Positions 13,026 to 25,843 of a stretch of 64,000 nt of DNA are shown one piece after another. The notes under the pieces are model-generated. The model had not been told where the DNA came from. It saw only the letters and a list, made by a program, of their open reading frames with translations, and did no database searches. The stretch covers positions 9,610,001 through 9,674,000 of the forward strand of contig OZ176050.1 of assembly GCA_964247055.1 (NCBI GenBank), in the 5' to 3' direction. The DNA comes from Paragordius varius (Eukaryota; Animalia; Nematomorpha). A program made the position numbers and the translations under genes. Position 1 is the first letter of the stretch. Every line of letters starts with the position of its first letter.

Positions 13026-14899
13026 CTGACTAAGAGGCATTACAATTCTCTGTTTTTTAATTTTTATTTAGAATGTGAATGGGAAAAACAAAAAAATGCA
13101 ACATAGATGCCTTATATCAAATTACTTTATTTCTTTAACAGTCTATGGCTTTTAATAATATTTGATATTGTGATAAATCGCAAGCGTTGTCTCAATCTAT
13201 GCACATCGCTTTTTCTCCCAAATAATGCTACCAAATTAATTTTAATCAATATCTAGACGTTAAAATTGAATATGTATTGTTACTTTACAATATAATAATG
13301 CAACTTGTTCCATTATTGTATGTAATAAAATCAATAAAAAAATTGCTTCTAAATTAGACGCGGTTTTAGCTGATCATGTTAAGAGTGTGCATCTCAAATT
13401 ACCAGGCAGTAAATAATTGAAGGTAAAACTTAATATTATTGATTCGTCCTTTTTAATAATATTCTATTGTTAGCCTGAAGTAATTTTCTAAAAAAGTGTA
13501 AGCCCATTCAAATACGATAAGAATATTTTCCTATTAAATCAAAAATGCGGCGAGCATGATTGAGCCACATTTTTGTCGTACACCTGTTAAGCTCCACCCC
13601 AGGTGAAAAAAGGATCTAAAAAATAAAAGTCCTGAGTGCCCCGAAACTGGGAATATCCAACAAATATGACTTGTCGGGTCCCATTTTCAACTGGAATTAT
13701 CCACCGGTCGCTTACAAAAAATTTATCCACATGGGCAGATTTAGATAAATACTAGATTGTAATTTTTGTACAATTATAATATAATCACTAATTTAATTTA
13801 TTATGCCATACTAGTGGATATCATTGCCAATATTTGGAAATTCATATTACCCACATTTGTGAAATCTTTAACGATCCAAAAAATAATCTTTGATCGCATA
13901 TTAAATTTTCTCGAAACATTATCTTTGACATTTGATAATAACACACATCTCTATGCTAAAAAAATGTGAGAGATTGATATTTTATTAGAAAAAAAAACTA
14001 ACCCACAAAATCCCTGTTTTAATCAATAACTTACCAAAAATTCTAGCCAAACTCATGAGTAAAAAAAACCTGAAAATTCTTTGTTCCCCTTTTGAAGTTT
14101 TTTAACGTTAAATCCTTATATTCTGTTATGTAAAGAGATTGATCTATCTCTTAAATAAATATTACATTGCATGTTTTCAGTTATATCCGTGTTCAATAGC
14201 CAAAACTTGCAAAAGCTTTTATCAAAAAAACTAAACTACTAAATCCTGTTTTTTCACAAATACTTGACCAATATTTTTGAGAAATTCTAATAGATATTCA
14301 TTCTTTTGTAGTATTCCACGATTTAATCCCAAATTTTTTGCAATATCCAAAGCGTCTGTAAACAGAAAACAACTGCTTTTAGTTGGCAAATCACTTTCGC
14401 ACATTTAAAAAATAAACATTCTACTTAGAAAGGATTAATTTGCGTTAACTTGTTTTAGCGATACATAATCTTTGACTATTCGGAAATAATTTCTAATTTT
14501 TTGGATATTTACGTGGACTGCACTCATAGGAGGACCACATGTTGGACATTACCCCGGTATAGAGAGCAATTAATTTGATTTTATTTCCGAAACTTTATCA
14601 TCGATCCGATCAATGCAGTAATTAGAAGGCTACTTGACAAGCCTACAGAATGTAAAAGGGAGTTGCATGGAATTTTAATCGTTGGAACTAAAAACAAAAA
14701 AATGAGTCTAAAAGTTATTTTAAAATTCTCATAAGCAGATTCGGCTCTCCACATGCCATGGTAAAAACTTATTTTGGAGTGTCAGATACTATTAAAAATA
14801 AACTAGTGTGTGTACCAGATGTCAGCAATCAGTCCGTTGCTATTTACCTTATGCATGAAAAAAAAATTTAGTGGCTGGTATTCACGCTAGCTCTATAGA

Positions 14900-15480
14900 G
14901 CTGTCAGACAGGTTGTAAGAAATTAAGGAATTGTTAGATTGATATAATACAACAATGGGGTTTAATTTTGGTTATGAGGATAGGAAATACTAGAAAAAGA
15001 TTATATAGTAAAGGGACAAGAAATATTAAGATGTGAATTTAGCAGCAGATAGTTCTTAAACGCTTGATGTAAATATAATAACAATTTAAAATATTTGGTC
15101 AAATTATGAAAGGCTTTCAGATCTTTATGCGACAAAAACATTAATTTAGCAGAAAAGGGATGGTTTGCAGTGCGATTGTGGAGCCAACAATGTATAAATA
15201 AAAATACATGGGCTTTATAAAAAATTAGAAAATGAGAATTCCGTGAATGTGCAATTCACAAAGAAAAGACAAAATTAATATTTATAAACTTAAGCTAGTA
15301 ATGAAATAAAACCAATACAGAAAAAATTATAAATAAACCTAGGTGGTTTGGATGATAGAAAGAGCTAGTAACTATATATCGTTAAGAAATATATAAATAT
15401 ATTGTTGAAAATAAGAGAGGGTCCTAAAACACGATGGAGAGATACGATTGAAAGGGATTTAGAAAAATTAATTCAGGAAA
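14900..15480 (+). mobile_element. Degenerate RTE-like LINE reverse-transcriptase 3' relic
   Basis: Fragmentary translation with LCDK.I, .PTM, RWFG and KRGPKTRWRDTIERDL; many stops and frameshifts. Confidence 0.55.
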
Positions 15481-16860
15481 ATGCCATGATCGCCCGAAAG
15501 GGGGATATAATATATTAATTATTACATTTGAAATAAAATTTTTATAGTAACTTTAATTAGATTTAGTTTTTTACATATGATTTCTCACATAAATTATTTA
15601 TAAATTATTTGTTTGGTTTTGCAGCATTTTTTTTACTAATCTAAACAAACTTTTTAACACTTCGTTTGAAATTGGGTATTTAAATACCCCAGACTAAATT
15701 TGAGTTAGGATTTTTAAAAAACTACTGAAGGAAACGGTTCCAATTTAAATATCTTAATAAAAATTATATAAATATGCCAAAATATCTAAATAAAATTTTG
15801 TTTTGAAAAAAAAGTTTCATGTCAAACTACTCCGACGCCATTTTTTTACAAAATTTTTGCAAAATATCGTCTTCATTTAATTTTAAGGGTAAAATTAAAG
15901 CTAATTTATTTAAATTACATCTAACATTGATAGAAATAGAAAAAGTGGTTTATTTTGTATTATTTTTTAATTTTACCATTGCACACTTGTCTCGTTGACT
16001 AAATTTTTACCTTTCGGTTTTAGCTTAAAATAAGTAATATCAAGTATTTTTGAATAAAATATTTTATATATTTCGGTTTATTAATGTTATATAAGTGCAA
16101 TTTGCCATGGTTCGATTCCCATATTTTTTAAAGAATTTAATTTTAAACAGGCCTGGGGTATTTAACTAACCGAATTTGAATCGAAGGACTAAAAATGTGT
16201 TGTATCCAAGTGTTAATATAATATATTTTTATCTCAACAAATAATTTGTATGTGCAGGCAAACGATTGAATTAACTTTGGTTACCTAACCAAGGGCAATA
16301 AGATTTTTGGGCCGAATTTAAGAATATGTATTCAAAAGCACTTTACCGCTTCATGACCTTTTGGGGTAATTTTATACCCGAGGGCCATTTAAGTCAAATG
16401 TCTTATTTCACTGGTTTTTTAATATAAACTTAAATTGTTTGGGGTATTTACCCCAATTTGAACCAAAGTGTTTGAGTTAATTAATTACATTTTTTAATTA
16501 CAATATACATTTATTTGCCTGTTGCATAAGAGATTTAAAAAATTTATAAATAAATAAATGGTGACAAAAAAGTTTCAGATAAGGATTTTTGACAATTCAG
16601 ATTTTTTTAATTTTTTTTAATTGGCCTAAAACAGGGCTTCTTAAACTTTTCTAATTCCCGACCCCATTTATGATTGCAAGTTTTTTAACGACCCCAACAA
16701 ATTTAAAAGAAAAAAAATAGTTTCTCCAAATAACACTTAGAAATTTTGTTGATAATATTTATAAGGATTATTTCGGTTTTGAGAGATTGAGAAAAATAAA
16801 TCTACATTTTTTATAAACTTCTATAACATTTTCTGATACATAGTAAATTTATACAGGATA

Positions 16861-18116
16861 CTAGCTGGCCCTCTAACGCTTCGGTGTGGCGTAACCTCAC
16901 CGATAATTCTTAATAATTTAAAATAAATAGAGTTAATGGAGATAAAAAAATAATAATAATAAACATATTTAATAAAAAGATTGTCTTTAATTATTCTTTT
17001 ACGGGTTTTGCATAGGCTAAAACATTGTTTACTCGAAATCGACCATATTTAATCTGTCCCTTAATAAAGTTTATATTCAACTATCAATGGATTTAATTTA
17101 AGATTGCAAATCATGGTTAAAAGTTCTACTTTTAAATTGTGTTCATACATCTGGGATCAAGGGATATAAAAAATAAATCATTTGTGATCCCTTTTTAAAG
17201 CAAAGAATAATATACAAATTCCCCAGAAATGTGTTTAACTGAACTCGTATGGCTTCTTAAGTTTTTTGAAATTTAGCTCCAAAACTACGCCTATTTTGTA
17301 TGGCGTCTCAGTTTTAAACCCTTAGACCCCTACCCATAGACCTATATGGAAAAAGCGCTGAGTTAAATTCTTTGCCGTTATAGGGCAAATATTTGGAATC
17401 ATCTTTGATACCATCGTTTCATGGGTTATTCAAAAAAATACCTCAACAATAAATAATCGTTATATGATGGCGTTTTAGGGCATAAAGGCCCTAAATTAAC
17501 GCTAATTAAAAAATCCGACCTTAATTTTTACCTAGTTTCGGGTAATATTTCAAGCCTTTAATAAGCTCATTAAATTTTCTGTAAATTAGCTCCAAAACAA
17601 CGCAAATTCTATATAGTGGCGCAGTTTTAGCGGCTATCTTTTTACCCAGCAGCCAATATTAAAAAACGCAAGACTAAAATTTTTGCCTTTTAACAGAGAT
17701 TAATTCGAATCCTCAGTGAATTTTAACGGTCTCATACATTGGGCAAAAAGTTTAGTTTTTTTAAAAATGGCATTTTACGGGGGAACGGGTAAAAAGAGAG
17801 CCTAAATTAAAAAAAGAAGCCAAATAGGTTCGGTGCAATCGAAAAAAAGTAATAAAAACTATATTTGAAATAGAATGGTCAAGGACGTTTTTCGGAAAAT
17901 TGTCTCAAAGACACGGTTTTTGGGACCTTTTCAAAAAAAACCGTTTTTTACAGGGGGTGGGCCCGAACTGGGGGCCTAATTCAAAAAAGGGGCGAAGCTA
18001 TTGTCAGGGCATTCATTAATGATTATATTTTTCTGACATTTGGATTTGAATGGGTCGACCGGTTTTCCGGAAACAGATCACAAAGCCAGCATTTTCTATT
18101 TTTATAAATATATAGA
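16861..18116 (-). mobile_element. Long Helitron variant (minus strand) with fewer array units and a different 3' end
   Basis: On the minus strand begins A|TCTATATATTTATAAAAATAG at 18116, carries ~160-bp units (~17200-17740) matching 8480-8866, and ends ACGC-CACACCGAA-GCGT...GCCAGCTAG|T at 16861. Confidence 0.7.
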
Positions 18117-18840
18117 TTATATGATCGGAATAGAAATGCTGGTATAAACAGTCTTTCCGAACCATACGATATGATATATTTATCTACGATGATTGTTATT
18201 TTTCTTTATAACAATATTACGTTAAAAAACATATTTTGTTAAATTGTATTTTTATCACTCGCCTATAGTTTAAGGAGCACTGGCCTAAAAGGCTAAAAAG
18301 GCATATTCTTAAATTCGGCTTAATATCTTAAATATTTTTTAAGATATTCAAATTTCAAATACCACTGAGATATAAAACTATTAAAGGTAATAGAGTGTTT
18401 AATGTAGTTGTCGAAAATCTTAAAAATTATTAGTTTTTTACCCATTTGATAATTAAATTTTAACAAATATGAGGTAAAAAACTACCAGGAAATGTTTGCG
18501 CGAACAAAATATGAAATTTTAATGAAGTCTTAAGCGCTTTTAGAAAAATATTCACATATAATATTTTGCCTCCTAATAGTTTTTAAATTTTTTATTGAGT
18601 CTAAAAAATTGCCATAAAGAGCAATACTAATGTATATAATGTGTTTAATATTTTTAAAACAAATATTACCTTATGCTGATTTTAAAACGGTTAATTGTTG
18701 CAAAACAAGCTCACAAATTTTAAATGGAAGTTATAAAACTGCTATCTGCCAAATATTATATAAACTATTAATTAATATTACTTTAATATGATCACTTTAA
18801 AAGCACGCCAGTTAGTATTATACAAATTAAATATGTCAAT

Positions 18841-20222
18841 CAGTGTTACTCACCAAAAAAATTTGACGGGCCAAATAAAGTATGTTTTTTTCGCGGGCCA
18901 TGAACCTTATAATCACAAATATTCCATAGCTATTTGACACATATTCACATATTTATACTCTAAATAAGCAAAATGAATTTTTTGTAGATCGCATTTAAAT
19001 ATAAAAACTCGTTTTGCACCATTTAGTTTGAAAAATTAATAATTTTGATAACAACATTTATTTTGATATTAACTAATAATTTTTGACAAATTTGGTTTCG
19101 CCTCATGACCGGCCAGTCTTAATACGTCGTCCATATGAGGATCGGTTAAGCGATTTCTGTATGTATTCTTGACATACTTCATTTGTGAATATGCCGTCTC
19201 ACATGTGTAAGTTGAGGGAAAACAGTTAGGATAACTTGAGCAAATCGGAATCATTTTTAAATCTACCAATTTTTCAATGTGATCCAAACCGAAATGCTCT
19301 AGTTGCTTAATAATGGATATATCCATAAGCCATGGATTTTTAACGAGTTTTAAGCAATTTTTAATATTTCTTTATTCTTGAAATCTGAATTCGATATCAT
19401 TAGATAAAATTGTTAAATGATTGTCTATTATTAAATAAATCTCCGCGGTAAATTCCATATTTTTTTCATAAATCGTTTTAAGTGTTGAAAATATCTAGGA
19501 GACTATGGACATAATAGATTTTTCTTTCTAGTATAATTCCTTATTTTTTATTTTTCGTTTCTTTCCTCATGATTTTCTGGTGATGGATTGTAAAATGTCC
19601 TATATTGTGTTTTTTTGTAATTATGTTGTCCTTACATATATGGCAGGTAACAACTTTTTTATTTAAAACAACAAAGAATTTTTCTTCCAATCTTTTTTAA
19701 AGGAGCGATTTTCATCGGATAATTTACGTTTTTTAGCATTAGATGTCATTCTTTGAATTTATGTTTAAATATTATGTAAATTTTTTCAAAATAATAGGAA
19801 TTTGAATCATGCTATAAAAAAAGGTCGAAATTTGATGATGTTGAAAAATATTTTATGTAAATGTATATAAAATGATGCAGGATAGCAATATAAAGAATAT
19901 GCATATGCAAGTTTGGATGAATGATAGGCATGCTTACACAAAAAGGAATGCAACAAAAAAGAAAATATAATACAGAAACAAAACAACGTGTGCCAAAATT
20001 TTAATATCATTTTGATGTAGGAAAATTTTTCTAAACTTAAAATTGGGTAAAAAATATAAATTACCAAAATTAAAACTAAAGAAATAAATTAAAGCGAACA
20101 TTTTTGTTTATGTGTATTTAAAAAAATCATCAATAAAAAAACAATTTAAGTATCAATATGGCCATAGGGCAATTTTATGGCTCTCTTAGGGGCGCATGCG
20201 GCCCGCGGTTTGATTACCACTG
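18841..20222 (-). mobile_element. Internally deleted hAT (Charlie/SPIN/GTF2IRD2-like) DNA transposon
   Basis: TIRs CAGTGTTACTCA / TGATTACCACTG (10/12 match); near-TSD ATGTCAAT / ATGTAAAT (7/8). Minus-strand remnants: MTSNAKKRKLSDENRSF (N-terminus, ~19745) and FPSTYTCETAYSQMKYVKNTYRNRLTDPHMDDVLRLA (dimerisation domain, ORF 19069-19326). Confidence 0.85.
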
Positions 20223-20291
20223 ATGTAAATGCTAAGAGTATTTGGTTATATGTTTACAATTTTAAGTTAAACCTACAACCATCATGTATTA

Positions 20292-20519
20292 ATGTTTTCC
20301 ATATTCGGTGATAAAAAAGGGTCTGAAAAACATCTAGAAGATAATAAGAAACAAGAAAAGAAACTAAAACCTTGCTGTGCTTGCCCTGAAACTAAAGAAG
20401 CTCGTGATAATTGTATAATAACCAAAGGTATATTTTTCGTAACGGTAGGCGAAGCCAATTGTAAATATTTAATTGAAGCCCACAGAAAGTGTATGCTTGA
20501 TCACGGATTCTCGATTTAA
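20292..20519 (+). CDS. COX17: Cytochrome c oxidase copper chaperone COX17
   Basis: [22 protein letters not shown]|[23 protein letters not shown]: CCxC plus twin CX9C. Exons 20292-20427 and 20449-20519; the 21-nt GT-AG segment between them accounts for the extra IFFVTVG seen in the raw ORF. Confidence 0.95.
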   Translation: MFSIFGDKKGSEKHLEDNKKQEKKLKPCCACPETKEARDNCIITKGIFFVTVGEANCKYLIEAHRKCMLDHGFSI

Positions 20520-20520
20520 A

Positions 20521-20757
20521 ATGTCTGTTTATCACGATGAAATTGAAATAGAAGATTTTGAATATGATTCAGAAAAGCAAATATATTTTTATCCTTGCCC
20601 ATGCGGCGATAAATTCCAAATAACCAAGGAAGATTTGGAAGCTGGCGAAGATGTCGCTGTCTGTCCCAGTTGCTCATTAATAATTAAAGTTATATATGAT
20701 TTAGATTCTTTTATGTTTGGAACTTCTATAAATCAATCAACTCCGATACTTGTGTAA
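20521..20757 (+). CDS. DPH3: Diphthamide biosynthesis protein 3 (CSL zinc finger), intronless
   Basis: [16 protein letters not shown]...[39 protein letters not shown]; AATAAA at ~20787. Confidence 0.96.
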   Translation: MSVYHDEIEIEDFEYDSEKQIYFYPCPCGDKFQITKEDLEAGEDVAVCPSCSLIIKVIYDLDSFMFGTSINQSTPILV

Positions 20758-23700
20758 CCAATTGTAGTCATATTATATATTAATATAATAAATCTTTATC
20801 ATATTATTAAGCCTTAATATATTTTAATTTCTAAATTACGTTAATGATATTTATTAACCGATCACATGGCAATTTAATGTTTCTATTAATTGCCAAAAAA
20901 TCAAAACTTATCAAAGATAGAAATAGAATTTCATTATAAAAGAGAATTTTAGATTTTGAAATTAAAATTGAGTGTCATCAATCTTTATCACCGAAATAAA
21001 TGCTAAATTACCGATGCCTAATATTAACAATATTTTACAGTTTGATAATTGTAACAACTAGTGACCCCATACCATATTTAATTAAAAAACTACTGAAAGG
21101 GCCGTTTAATTTATATTTATTATTAAAATTATAATAAGCCAAAATATTGTAATAATTTATTTTTTTAAATAAGCTCCATATCAAACCACCTCGAAGCCAT
21201 TTATTAAAACATTTTGGCAAAATATCATAATTTTTTATTTTAACGCTAAAATTGTAGTTTGTATAATAAAATCACATCTAACATTAGTATATACAAAAAT
21301 GGTTTTGCATTAATTTTATAGTTAATTAATGCAAAATGCCATGTTGGATAAATTTTTACATTTAGGTTAAATAAAACAAGTAATATCAAATTTTTTTGAA
21401 TAAACTTTTTTTTACCATTTAAATGTCATATAAGTGCAAACTTTTGCAAGGTTTCAATTCTTTTTTTGAAATATTTGATTTTAAACAGGCTTGGGTCACT
21501 AGTGGCCCAAATTTGAATCGAAGTATTTTCATGACCTTTTCACTTTTATGTCCGCGATGACATTTTTGGAGTTTTACAATACAGAGATTAATTTTGTAGA
21601 TAAACAAATTTTGAAAATTATTTTAGTTAAAATTTAATTATCCAACTTTGTTCTCCTATAATAATTAAAAAACTTATATTATATTGTTTTTTAATTCTTA
21701 AGTCTAAAATTGGGACAGATCCAAAACACGATTAAAAGAAAAAGCTGATTAAAAACCAATTTATTAGGTTTTTATTGGTAAAATATAAACTTAAAGCTTA
21801 CTAAAGCTAATTATTTACATTTTCTAACCATAATATACATTTATTTGCTTATTATATTAACGATTTTAAAATTAAAAAAAATGGCGATGAAAAAGTTTGA
21901 ATGACGGTTTTTTTTAATTTTATTATTTTAATTTTTTTTATGAAGCATGCACCTTAAAAGATAAAGAAAACATATTATTAAATGCAGCCTAATATTTTAA
22001 ACTTTTTAAGATATTCAAATGTGTATCTCTCTGGGAAAAAGTACCCCAAAAGATCATGCATGAAGTTTTAAATGGATAGTATTTTTATCATAAATTTATA
22101 TATAAATAAAATTATGGCTTTAAAGCGGGAATCACTAGGCGCATCCCATGAATGGATATTTTTATTGACTGATATATATAAATATAACGATCATCAACCC
22201 ACTTTTTTAATTAGGCCCTATCCTGAAATAGATAATTTTTAAAATTACAAGGCGCCAAAAATTGTTCTTTTAAACAATTTTCCGAAAAACTGTAAGATTG
22301 TTTGTATTCGAAAAATCAATTCATTCATCTATAAAGATGGTTTTATGGTGGATTCTTTTTGAGTTAGTTTCTTTGATTATCTTCCCCCTGAAAGCGTTTT
22401 TCGCAAAGTATTCCGATAATTTTTTTTCAGGATCACAGGATTTTGATGGCCTGGTATTTCTCTTATGAATATCATTATCATTGAGTGCGCTCAAATAAGT
22501 CTTGTTCATAGCCCCATTTCATTATAAACACTTTGACAAAAACGTAACGAAGGGATTCTCCAGAAAATGAGTCTTATTTTTAATTTAATCATGGCCAATT
22601 TACGAATGCGTCGATTATCTTTCGATCAAACCTCTTAATAAATGTATTTTATTATTCTTTATTCTAAGTTATTTATCTAAAAAACATGTCTCAATTCTTT
22701 AAATGTTATATCTTTGGCACGCGAATATCACTTTATGTAAAAATGTGAAATGTCAAATTTATAAATTTTTGATTCGGTTGTTATTAATAATGTTATTTAC
22801 CCTATTAAATGTATAATAGGTTAATTTGGGTTTTAACCATATTTTACAATAATGATTGAGTGAGATCATAAATAATTTATTCATAAGCAGGCTAGCCTGT
22901 CATTATTTTTGAGAGCACCTGAAAACAACATAAAGCCGAAGTTAAATCATTTTTAAATTAGCCATACTCCTTTAAAACAGGGTTTTTAAAAACAAGAAAC
23001 TCTTAACAGCGTATTATTGAAACAATGTTTCGGAAAACGTGTAAACCTTATTAAGATTTCAATGCGGCCATTTACAGTTCTTCTATATATACACCCTTCA
23101 TAGATCGGTCAGATATTTAAAATACACAAAAATATTAAATATAAAGCTACGTAAAAAACTAAAAGTCACATATTTTTTAAAAAAAGACAGCCATACTTTT
23201 TTAAAACTTTTTAGCAGAACTTATCGTTTACGATTGCGAAATTAGGAACAAAGATGGAAATAACTCTTTATACATTTCTCGATTGCAATCATTTATTTGG
23301 TTATATAGAAAAGTTAAGATTAAAAATATGTCGCTTTATTTTTAAAAAAAATATTTGTCTTTTTTACGTCTTTGTTAAATTTTTATTTTACCTTAAGTCC
23401 TGAGTACCACTATAGTGTGCTGCAATATAATCTATTTTATAATTGTGCGAGAAATATCATAATTTTCTGATCGTTTTATTAAATAAATTATAAATGATGC
23501 TAATTAATATAAGATAATGCAAAACAAGTTCAGATATGGTTAATAATATAATATGTTTGTGTTAATCGTCTTTGCACCATTTTTTAATGATAGATTATTA
23601 TGGATTGACTAATATTTTGATTATTAATTTGTTACTAATTATCAGCAGGGCGTATCTGGGCAAGCTACTTTCTAGCAATATTTATATGTTATATTTTAAT

Positions 23701-24590
23701 CCAACAATTTTTGTAAAAGTTTCAATTGTTTGACCCATTAATTTTCGAAAATACTTATTTTATAAAGTTCAATATACCTAAAGCATCTATCGGCTATGAA
23801 TCACAGTAATCCTAATTATCCATCAGTTTTATCGTACAAAATCTTTCTGTTCCACAGTATGTTGTATAAGATTTTGGGATACGGTTTGAGGCAGAATGCA
23901 TGCATGTTAATTTTTTCCATTAAATCTTTATTACTTGTTTATACCCAATCAAAAAGTTTTCTGTCTTTATGTATGAGCTGAATTACAGTGTACAACAAGT
24001 TTTAACTTTTAGGGTGCATTTTTGAAAATTCCAAAAATATTTCAATAAACAAATAAATTCAGATTATTATTTAATATTGAATTTTTTGACCCCGATTCAA
24101 CATTCAAAAATTTTTAAATCAAAAGTATTTCATATCACTCCCAAAAAAAGTGAATATTTTAAAAGGAGTAAAAATCACTTAAAATTGATGTTAAAGTTTT
24201 ACAGAGTCAAATTTTTAACCTATTAAGGAATAAAAATATCCAGGCACAATATTTTAAAGTATATATTTATTTAGGGTTGCGGATTAATAAATTAGAATAA
24301 AATTGTTGATAAGCTTTTAATTTTCTATTTTATCCACATATGCTAAAATTTACAACTCTAAATTCATCATAGCAACGGTTATAACAGATAATAGTGCTTT
24401 AAACTTCAATATTAATCATTAGAAGGTTTTTTCTTTCCATATAAAATATTTAATAATGATGTCATTTTAAAAAAGCAAAATAAAATTGCTGTTATGAATC
24501 AGGTAAAACAATTAATATGGTAAAAAACATCTTCTGTTTAATATTATTCATATGCAAAATTTCAACTATTTTCATTCATTAGCTCAAATA

Positions 24591-24815
24591 CAGTCATGTA
24601 TCCTTTATTTTATCAAAAATATATTTTTTTCGTTAATTGGGTATAAATATTTGGTAAAGAATGGAAAAAACAAGCCTCTATGGTATTAACAATATCATAT
24701 TCATCAAAAAAGTATAAGAACTACTATAGAGCTTTTGTTTTTCCCATTCTTTACCAAATATTTATACCCATTTAACGAAAATTTTTTTTTGATAAAATAA
24801 AGGATACATGACTGT
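24591..24815. mobile_element. Tc1/mariner-type MITE forming a near-perfect hairpin
   Basis: TA|CAGTCATGTATCC ... GGATACATGACTG|TA; arms complementary over about 100 bp. Confidence 0.85.
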
Positions 24816-25843
24816 ATATTTATGGACGAAACACATTTGTTTTACTGATTTGAGGCTCCATATCAATTCAATAATATACAATTTTGATGCATTCCATAGG
24901 GAATTTGTACTCTTTCAAATGATGTATTATAAATGGCCATTTATTGTATATTAAAAAAACCATTTTCATTACTTTTATTTTTATTTCAAATTTAAGGGTG
25001 TAAAGGGGCGTTTTGTCTAGCAGGTGGCGAAGCTGTAATTATACCCTTAACTTGATACTTAAAGATGATTGTATATTTAAGGCCTAAAAACAACTAAACG
25101 AAAAATTTATCTTGATGCACAATCATTTTAAAATAATAATATGTCCTTTTAATACAACAAATCTCCATTTTCATAGACTAATCTTTTGTAATATCTTATG
25201 AAATATACATATAATGTCCAAAAAAATATCCTGATGTAATATACATATTTGTAGGTATATCGTGGTCCTTTTGACTTTTGTCCTTACGAGTGATTTAAGG
25301 AAGTTATTTAAACTTTTGTGATAATTACTCATCTCAAAAATTAATTTTTTTGGTAAAAGTTAAATGTTTTACTAAAATCATCGGGCTCCGAAAGTTTTAA
25401 CCCCTTCTAAACTGGGCTGTGTTCTTAAAATAAACGCAAAAATGGCAGGAATGCGTCATAATTTTTTTTATACAGTATGCATATAAATGGTGGCTTTTTT
25501 TCCACACTATAATGGGCTATTGCAACACAGTTGTGTATGGAAAAAAACAAAATGTTAAATAAACAATTTTTACTTTCTTTTTTTCCATCCACTACTGTGT
25601 TGCGAATTTTCCAACTATAGTGTAAAATAAGCAACCATCAAAATGCACACTGTATATGTTATATTACCGTTTTTCTAAATGGATATCTGCTATTTTGATG
25701 CATGATAGAAAAGTTATAAAAACGCTATATTATATAATGTACATTTTATGATTCAATGTTGCTGAACATTTCTATCACCTCGGAATTTTAAAATCTTCGT
25801 TCGTTTTAATTAAATAATTTTTTTACAAAATTTCACCCAAACA

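Noticed and set aside
22321-22620. Minus-strand 62-aa ORF that might extend through a 31-nt GT-AG segment
   Set aside because: No homology recognised and no start or phase support.
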